From positions 1-4,631 of the IMG/VR virus record IMGVR_UViG_2675903650_000013: a DNA stretch of 4,631 bases. One strand, given 5' to 3'. Shown in pieces: positions 1-4,631 of this stretch (the first letter of the stretch is position 1; each line of letters begins with the position of its first letter). The position numbers were made by a program, and so were the translations under genes. The notes below the pieces were generated by a model. It was given only the letters and a program-made list of their open reading frames with translations. It did not search any database and was not told the DNA's origin. Source of the DNA: a virus (lineage: Duplodnaviria > Heunggongvirae > Uroviricota > Caudoviricetes).

Positions 1-126
1 CGACATAATCTGAATCTGAGACAACATCTGACAAGGCTGGGACGGAAGTCACTGTCGTTCTCAAAATCGGTGGAGCTGCATGACAAGGTCATCGGGCATT
101 ATCTGAACATAAAACACTATCAGTAA
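1..126 (+). CDS. 3' end of an upstream gene (5' part outside window), hypothetical protein
   Basis: Frame 1 is the only frame open from the window edge: 41 sense codons ([41 protein letters not shown]) ending at TAA 124-126. All three minus-strand frames contain stops here. G+C is intermediate, unlike the AT-rich gene downstream. No motif recognised; about a 1-in-7 chance of such an open stretch at random. Confidence 0.3.
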   Translation, partial: RHNLNLRQHLTRLGRKSLSFSKSVELHDKVIGHYLNIKHYQ

Positions 127-164
127 GTTGGAGTCATTACCTTATTTGTTTATTAGGATTTTTG

Positions 165-2297
165 ATGGAACTGTTACAGGAACACGGGGCGATACTTAAA
201 GTTGTAATCATGCCTACTACTGGGGAACAAACCATAATCCAAGGTTTCGATACTGGCCTCCTCAACCCAGAGATATCCAACATTCTTTTTTTATTGGCCA
301 AAACACCAAAAGAAATTAGTGAGATTTTTGTCAATGAAAATGATAACTTTCAGCCTACTCTAAGCGGGCTAAATCCTATTTTTTTAATATCTAAAGAAAA
401 TCTTGAAAAAATACCAAATATTTATCAAACGCCATTTTACTTAATTTTTTGTGCTAAAGAAGATTTTTCGTATGTTTGTGCTTTAAAAAAACATTTTGCT
501 ATACCACCTATAATTTGTTGCAATTCTAAACGCGCTGATCTACCACTTAATAAGATTAATAGTATATACTCATTTGATAAGGTGCTCTTCTCTCGGTTGA
601 AATTCATTGAGGATAAAATAAGAAAAAATCACAGTGAAAAGAAAATATCAACGAAGTTGAAGCGAAGAGGGGCTTTATTTAATAAATCACCTTGGAGATC
701 GACGCTTAACAATTCAACACTACCCAATGAGTTGTTAATTGAATCACTTGGCTATATGCTATCTCCACCAAAAAGAATTAAAGATGGTAGTAGCAAAAGA
801 GAGTTTATAGAAATAATACTTCATAGCGTTGATGCATACACCGAATGTTTAAAGGAATTAGATATACCACTTCCAACGGAAGTCTTACTTTTTGCTCCGG
901 GTATGCACTCTTTTTTATATGATAAAAATAATGACTTTTATGAGTTAATAACGGAAAATTTATCCACAATTGAGAAAAAATTCCTTATTGATGGAGTGTT
1001 GAGGAATCCTGGCTATTCTGGAATTAGACTTGATATAAATTCAGATAGAAAAGAACTTTTTAAAAGTCCTGCTTTCCGTTACCTCACCTCACTAAGACGC
1101 GCTGAAATGCGATTAACAACAGCTGCGATTACTTTATTTAGCATAAATAAAAAAATCCCAGCAATAAGATTGCCAAATGCAATAAATCATTACTCCAATT
1201 ATTTGAAAAATCTTGAAGATCTTGCAACTTCTTCTGGGATAAATAGTGAAGCATTCATCACTAAATCTAAAGCATTCAATACTGTTATTCGAAGAGCCCT
1301 TGGTTGCAAGTTGAGAACATATATAAGTAAAAACTATAGCGATTTGTCCTTTGTTTGTGATGTACCATTGGATTGGATTAGGTTTAATAACATACCTATA
1401 ATGTTCAGTCATGAGATATCAAGAATAAATGCTACGCCTGGTAACGTTCTTCTACAGAGCGCCTCTGCTTTTCCGCGCGTTTTAGTAAAAGCATCTGAGT
1501 TGAGAAAGGTTTTAGTTATACGTTCTTTTGAGCCTGATGATCACTTAAAGTTCATATTAGAGAACGCAATTGAGATATTTAAAAAACAGATGCCAGATCT
1601 TGATTGCGAGATTATTGATGTTAGATCGAAAGCTGAGTTTATTGATGCTCTAAATCAATATCAAGGTCATGTTCTTGTTATGGATTGTCATGGAAACCAT
1701 GATGGCAATGGGAGTCATGGATGGTTAATAATAGGTGAGGATAAAGTGGACACTTGGAGTTTGAGAAAAATAGCAAGAATTCCTCCTATCGTAATTCTGA
1801 GTGCATGTTTAACATCTGCCCTAAGCGGTTCTCATGCCTCTGTTGCTAATGGCTTCGTTATAAGTGGTGCATTAAGTGTCATCGGAACATTACTGCCAGT
1901 AAATGCGATAGACTCTGCTGTGTTTGTAAGTCGGTTGATCTACCGGTTTTACGAGTTTCCTTCGACGCTATCTACAAATTTTACACATGTTAATGTAAGG
2001 CTTTTTCTTTCTGTTTTTCTTAGGATGTCCTATGCAAGCGATTTAATAAGAGGATTTTTATCTGAAGATTTGATACCGAATAATTCATGGAGGAAAGATG
2101 CAGTTGATATTAACATGTATATAAACATGCTTCACCATGATTGGTATGATTATGTAATTAACAAATTGACGATGTTAACGGGGCTCACGAAAAAAGATGT
2201 ACTTGATTTTATCGATAGAAAATTATTCATAACCGAAACTATGTGCTATAGCCAAATTGGATTTCCAGATGCAATCACAATTAGTCTTAAAGATTGA
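165..2297 (+). CDS. Large CHAT-domain (caspase-like cysteine protease) protein with an uncharacterised N-terminal region of about 440 aa; candidate defence or abortive-infection effector
   Basis: Uninterrupted 2.1-kb ORF. The ORF track starts at TTG 162, but ATG 165 is preceded by AGGA (155-158) at 6-nt spacing, so 165 is the likely start. Stop TGA at 2295-2297. C-terminal motifs read directly: HVLVMDCHGNHDGNGSHGW (His-Gly at 1689-1694 or 1716-1721), IVILSACLTS (Cys codon 1806-1808), SGALSVIGTLLPVNAIDSAVFVSRLIYRFY. This order and spacing match the CHAT / peptidase C14-like fold. No Walker A (GxxxxGK[ST]) anywhere in the protein. Confidence 0.85.
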   Translation: MELLQEHGAILKVVIMPTTGEQTIIQGFDTGLLNPEISNILFLLAKTPKEISEIFVNENDNFQPTLSGLNPIFLISKENLEKIPNIYQTPFYLIFCAKEDFSYVCALKKHFAIPPIICCNSKRADLPLNKINSIYSFDKVLFSRLKFIEDKIRKNHSEKKISTKLKRRGALFNKSPWRSTLNNSTLPNELLIESLGYMLSPPKRIKDGSSKREFIEIILHSVDAYTECLKELDIPLPTEVLLFAPGMHSFLYDKNNDFYELITENLSTIEKKFLIDGVLRNPGYSGIRLDINSDRKELFKSPAFRYLTSLRRAEMRLTTAAITLFSINKKIPAIRLPNAINHYSNYLKNLEDLATSSGINSEAFITKSKAFNTVIRRALGCKLRTYISKNYSDLSFVCDVPLDWIRFNNIPIMFSHEISRINATPGNVLLQSASAFPRVLVKASELRKVLVIRSFEPDDHLKFILENAIEIFKKQMPDLDCEIIDVRSKAEFIDALNQYQGHVLVMDCHGNHDGNGSHGWLIIGEDKVDTWSLRKIARIPPIVILSACLTSALSGSHASVANGFVISGALSVIGTLLPVNAIDSAVFVSRLIYRFYEFPSTLSTNFTHVNVRLFLSVFLRMSYASDLIRGFLSEDLIPNNSWRKDAVDINMYINMLHHDWYDYVINKLTMLTGLTKKDVLDFIDRKLFITETMCYSQIGFPDAITISLKD
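1494..1991 (+). other. CHAT / caspase-like protease domain (approximate boundaries) within CDS 165..2297
   Basis: Region spanning the His-Gly motif (1689-1721), the LSAC catalytic-Cys motif (1797-1808) and the downstream small-residue helix plus FY motif. Boundaries are estimated by eye from motif positions, not from a profile alignment. Confidence 0.65.
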
Positions 2298-2328
2298 CAA
2301 CTGTATGTAATAAATATGGCATACTTCC

Positions 2329-2369
2329 GGCACAGAGCGAATATAACAGATCAGGTTTAGCTCTGTGCC
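2329..2369. repeat. Perfect 10-bp inverted repeat (GGCACAGAGC ... GCTCTGTGCC) with 21-nt spacer, in the spacer between convergent genes; possible bidirectional terminator or protein-binding / junction site
   Basis: Arms at 2329-2338 and 2360-2369 are exact reverse complements. The spacer contains a GATC. No U-tract follows on either strand, so it is not a canonical intrinsic terminator. Confidence 0.4.
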
Positions 2370-2404
2370 ATAGGTGTACCAACTCTCATCTGAGCTAATG
2401 CTCG

Positions 2405-2599
2405 TTACTCAATAACTCCCGCAAATTTGTAAATCTTGCGTGATGCCCATTTATTTGGGCATGATTTAATATCAGGATCTGGAAAGTCTGGCCTGTATTT
2501 CTGGCCAGTTCTCCTGTTTACGCTGTTCCAGCGAAGAACGGTCGATACTGAAACGCCACAGAAGTCGGCGACTTGTTTAGTTGTCATTAAGTTGTTCAT
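2405..2599 (-). CDS. Small HTH DNA-binding protein, excisionase / AlpA-like (64 aa)
   Basis: The track ORF 2405..2665 has a non-ATG start. The first ATG (2597-2599, MNNLMTTKQV...) is preceded by a strong SD, AGGAGGTG (complement of 2605-2612). The motif TTKQVADFCGVSVSTVLRW followed by FPDP...KW resembles the lambda Xis / AlpA-type winged-helix pattern. The start overlaps the upstream stop as TAATG. Confidence 0.7.
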   Translation of the reverse strand: MNNLMTTKQVADFCGVSVSTVLRWNSVNRRTGQKYRPDFPDPDIKSCPNKWASRKIYKFAGVIE

Positions 2600-3120
2600 T
2601 ACTTCACCTCCTGCGGTGGCTCCGGTAGCGGCATCCAGTGGGTTACTTTCGATAACCAACACCAAACATACTGTTTATCGTCCGGCATTCGCTCACTACA
2701 GCTTATCCAACCATCCGGAGTTACCGGAGAGTTGCCCGACAGCTCGTTCAACTTGTAAGTCTGGCTTACAGGTTCGGCACCATGAAGCATGGCGGCGCGG
2801 CAGGCGTTCCAGCCTTCATCAAAGCCGACTATGCCATTATTTAAAGACGGACGAACATCTGGCACCATCGGCACTGGCTTGGCTATATATAGCGGCTGAA
2901 CATACCAGCCCTTTGATAACCAACTGTCAGCAATGTTTTTACTCCGTGTTATTGCCGGAATACCTAAGCCATTGTCTGAATGCAGCCATGCCACCGGTTC
3001 TGCTTCCAGCGATACCAAAGCAATTTCATAAGCACGGCGCTCAATATTGTCTTGCACATCCAGACTGCCTATGCGCTCTTTGATTTCTTTAATCAGTTCT
3101 TTGTCGGTAAATGTGGTCAT
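2599..3120 (-). CDS. Phage protein with C-terminal DUF551-like domain (173 aa)
   Basis: ATG at 3118-3120, stop TAA at 2599-2601. The C-terminus DGWISCSERMPDDKQYVWCWLSKVTHWMPLPEPP matches the DUF551-type motif (GWIS..E.LP ... THWMPLPEPP) common in enterobacterial prophage early regions. The start overlaps the upstream stop as TAATG. GGAGG lies 10 nt upstream. Confidence 0.8.
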   Translation of the reverse strand: MTTFTDKELIKEIKERIGSLDVQDNIERRAYEIALVSLEAEPVAWLHSDNGLGIPAITRSKNIADSWLSKGWYVQPLYIAKPVPMVPDVRPSLNNGIVGFDEGWNACRAAMLHGAEPVSQTYKLNELSGNSPVTPDGWISCSERMPDDKQYVWCWLSKVTHWMPLPEPPQEVK

Positions 3121-3482
3121 TATGCCCCTGCCTCCGGTGCCTTTGGTATTACTGCCCAGTGAGTGATATTGACGTTTTCAAGATCCCCGACCTGAAATGT
3201 CCACTGCCATTCTCCGGTTTCCTTTTGTCCCCAGGTGTACCAGAGAGAACGCCAGCCAATCAGCCAGCCTTCTCCGTTAGCATCAAATAACAGAACACTT
3301 TCATTTGCAGGTGGCAATTCAGCTGACACTGGTATTATTTTGTTTTCCAGTGCCGCACATTTAGCTTCAAGCGCGTCGAATGTACGTACTAGGTACTCAG
3401 CATTTGTTTCGTTCACTTTCAGATCTCGCGGTACACATTTCCCGCGAAGAAACCCTTCCATTTCGAAAACATTCATGCGCAT
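3120..3482 (-). CDS. Phage protein, DUF551-like paralog (120 aa), YfdS-like by position and length
   Basis: ATG at 3480-3482 with GGAG 8 nt upstream (complement of 3491-3494). The C-terminus EGWLIGW...NITHWAVIPKAPE parallels the neighbouring gene's GW...THW..P motif. The start region ATGCGCATGA overlaps the stop of the HD gene. The K-12 symbol yfdS is suspected from memory of a 120-aa CPS-53 protein but is not verified. Confidence 0.8.
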   Translation of the reverse strand: MRMNVFEMEGFLRGKCVPRDLKVNETNAEYLVRTFDALEAKCAALENKIIPVSAELPPANESVLLFDANGEGWLIGWRSLWYTWGQKETGEWQWTFQVGDLENVNITHWAVIPKAPEAGA

Positions 3483-4009
3483 TTGCGTAACTCCGATAAC
3501 TCGTTAAAACGTTCCATAAACATCCCGTAGGCATGACCTGGCGACAGTGGAATAACTTTGAACATCTCTGTTGCCGGGATACCTTCCAATACAGGCCAGA
3601 AAGAGCCATCATCAAGTCCGAGATCGCGGCGTTCGGTTGCCAGCATAATGAGATCGGCATATTTCACGGGCGTACTCATAACTGGGGGTAATCCGTATTT
3701 CTCACGGATTACGGAGTCTATTTTTTCTTCCATTTGTTTATAGTCAGGAAGAAGGCGTTTCAGTGGTGCGGGAATGTCCTGGCAATACGCTTCTGTTGCA
3801 TCATGCATTAACGCTTCAAAAGCAAATTCCTGCGGCACCAGCTGGCTGCAAAGAACCGCATGTTGGGCGACGCTGTAGAAGTGCGAAAGATGACCGGCAA
3901 AGCGACAGATATTTGAAAGGGAAACCGCGATATCGTTAATATCGATGTCGTCTTTATTTATCCTGTCATAATAAAAATGCTTCCCGGAAAAAGTTTTAAT
4001 AAATGACAT
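3473..4009 (-). CDS. yfdR: HD-domain phosphohydrolase, prophage YfdR-like (178 aa)
   Basis: The track ORF starts at GTG 4034-4036. The ATG at 4007-4009 (MSFIKTFSGKHFYY...) has GGAG 6 nt upstream (GGAGAACAAAATG), so 4009 is the likely start. HD metal-binding pattern: H in VAQHAVL, HD in EALMHDATEAY, downstream D. Length and start match my recollection of E. coli K-12 CPS-53 YfdR; confirm by BLAST. Confidence 0.8.
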   Translation of the reverse strand: MSFIKTFSGKHFYYDRINKDDIDINDIAVSLSNICRFAGHLSHFYSVAQHAVLCSQLVPQEFAFEALMHDATEAYCQDIPAPLKRLLPDYKQMEEKIDSVIREKYGLPPVMSTPVKYADLIMLATERRDLGLDDGSFWPVLEGIPATEMFKVIPLSPGHAYGMFMERFNELSELRKCA

Positions 4010-4102
4010 TTTGTTCTCCACGTATATGCGCTGCACCGCGCTGAATTCTGGTAAAAAGAATCCCTCACCATCCGGCGATTATTGAGTAAATTACGTTTCC
4101 AT

Positions 4103-4124
4103 AAATGCCCCCGCAGGGGCATTT
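4103..4124. other. GC-rich hairpin: 9-bp stem AAATGCCCC / GGGGCATTT, 4-nt loop, in the 127-bp intergenic region; possible weak terminator, RNA stability element or processing site
   Basis: Arms 4103-4111 and 4116-4124 are perfect reverse complements. It begins 12 nt downstream of the stop of the minus-strand ORF 4137..4595. No U-tract follows on either strand. Confidence 0.4.
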
Positions 4125-4136
4125 GCAGTAATGAAA

Positions 4137-4595
4137 TCAGGCGGTGAAAGTACCAATAAAGGTTTCTACTTTGCTGTCCTTGAATTTCTCAACAAGCAGA
4201 TCACGAAATTCGTTAGCCATTTCTTCCTGCACCGCCTCCAGCTGTATAATGCGCAGAACCAGTACCGGACGATCGCCAGTGATAATGCTGAGGCGTAATT
4301 TAAACGGACGTTCTTTCAGACCTTCAAACGGAATGCATTTAAATTCAAATGCCACTGGCATAATGTCTTTGGTCTTCGCTTCGACAGACTCCATCAGGGA
4401 GCGTTTGCCGCTGAAGTCATTATCTTCAAAATCAGCGGTCTGGTTTGCTTCAATCGTGATTTTACGGACCGCCGCAGCCGCTTTTGTTGCCTGAATGGTG
4501 TCACCATTAGCATCAAAGCCCACAAGGTAGTCGGCCCAGTCTTCAATCCATTCTGCCAGTGATTTCTGGGAGTTACGCTCGCCATTAACAGACAA
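4137..4595 (-). CDS. Hypothetical prophage protein (up to 152 aa); start codon ambiguous, possibly TTG-initiated or an N-terminally disrupted remnant
   Basis: The translation looks protein-like throughout (e.g. ...[45 protein letters not shown]...). The frame opens just after an in-frame TGA (4608-4610). The first possible start is TTG 4593-4595 with no SD; the first ATG is 4392-4394, also without SD. No domain recognised. Confidence 0.45.
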   Translation of the reverse strand: MSVNGERNSQKSLAEWIEDWADYLVGFDANGDTIQATKAAAAVRKITIEANQTADFEDNDFSGKRSLMESVEAKTKDIMPVAFEFKCIPFEGLKERPFKLRLSIITGDRPVLVLRIIQLEAVQEEMANEFRDLLVEKFKDSKVETFIGTFTA

Positions 4596-4631
4596 CAGAG
4601 CAGAGTGTCACGAACGGTGCAATAGTGATCC

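Noticed and set aside
162-164. TTG at 162 as the start of the CHAT gene
   Set aside because: The AGGA at 155-158 would be only 3 nt from the TTG, too close. The adjacent ATG at 165 has proper spacing.
137-1412. Minus-strand ORFs 137..334 and 1134..1412 inside the CHAT gene
   Set aside because: Embedded antisense in a long, motif-bearing plus-strand ORF. AT-rich sequence has few stop codons on the opposite strand, which readily produces such artefacts.
165-2297. STAND / P-loop NTPase or TPR architecture for the CHAT protein, as in Avs-like or Csx29-like proteins
   Set aside because: No Walker A motif (GxxxxGK[ST]) and no obvious TPR-like periodicity were found by eye, so those architectures cannot be claimed from sequence alone.
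2298-2404. tRNA gene or tRNA-derived att core in the convergent spacer
   Set aside because: No T-arm-like GGTTCGAATCC motif and no cloverleaf-compatible pairing were seen. The att-junction idea is kept only as a hypothesis in the findings.
2600-2665. N-terminal extension of the HTH ORF (track start at 2665)
   Set aside because: The extension starts at a non-ATG codon inside the upstream gene. The internal ATG at 2597-2599 has a near-consensus AGGAGG SD and yields a typical 64-aa Xis/AlpA-size protein.
2436-3083. 215-aa plus-strand ORF
   Set aside because: Antisense to two well-supported minus-strand genes with SDs and recognisable motifs. The translation is low-complexity (Pro/Ser/Ala/Leu-rich) with no start context. 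A shadow ORF.
3397-3660. 87-aa minus-strand ORF overlapping the HD gene in another frame
   Set aside because: An alternative frame of a region already explained by the HD-domain CDS. The translation is Cys/Arg-rich and not protein-like.
4010-4036. N-terminal extension of the HD ORF (track start GTG at 4034-4036)
   Set aside because: No SD precedes the GTG, whereas the ATG at 4007-4009 has GGAG at 6-nt spacing and gives the expected 178-aa protein.
2980-4494. Plus-strand ORFs 2980..3162, 3235..3507, 3558..3743 and 4144..4494
   Set aside because: All lie antisense within the minus-strand operon, are short, and lack ribosome-binding sites and motifs. Treated as shadow ORFs.
4394-4631. 63-aa minus-strand ORF 4394..4585, whose frame stays open to the window edge
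   Set aside because: The translation is Arg/Lys/Leu-rich and low-complexity, and it overlaps the more protein-like frame of 4137..4595. Kept in mind only as a possible sign of a frameshift in a longer ancestral gene.
1-4631. CRISPR array or other tandem direct repeats
   Set aside because: No regularly spaced direct repeats were detected on reading the sequence. The only repeat structures seen are the two inverted repeats reported.

Overview
The window has two compositionally distinct blocks that converge on a 107-bp spacer. Block 1 (about nt 130-2300) is a strongly AT-rich plus-strand gene (165..2297, 710 aa from the first ATG; roughly 30% G+C by eye against about 50% in the flanks). Its C-terminal third carries the signature of a CHAT / caspase-like cysteine protease (His-Gly motif, then ...IVILSAC..., then ...SGALSVIGTLLPVNAID...RFY), fused to an N-terminal region of about 440 aa with no motif I can recognise. 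Block 2 (nt 2405-4595) is a tightly packed, translationally coupled minus-strand prophage operon: a 152-aa hypothetical ORF with an ambiguous start, an HD-domain phosphohydrolase (YfdR-like, 178 aa), two tandem DUF551-type paralogs (120 and 173 aa) and a 64-aa Xis/AlpA-like HTH protein. The best candidate for an undescribed system is the CHAT-domain gene, which looks like horizontally acquired cargo at the distal end of a KplE1/CPS-53-like prophage operon and may be a single-gene protease-based anti-phage or abortive-infection module. All domain calls come from reading motifs in the translations; no database search was run. No rRNA, tRNA or CRISPR array was seen.
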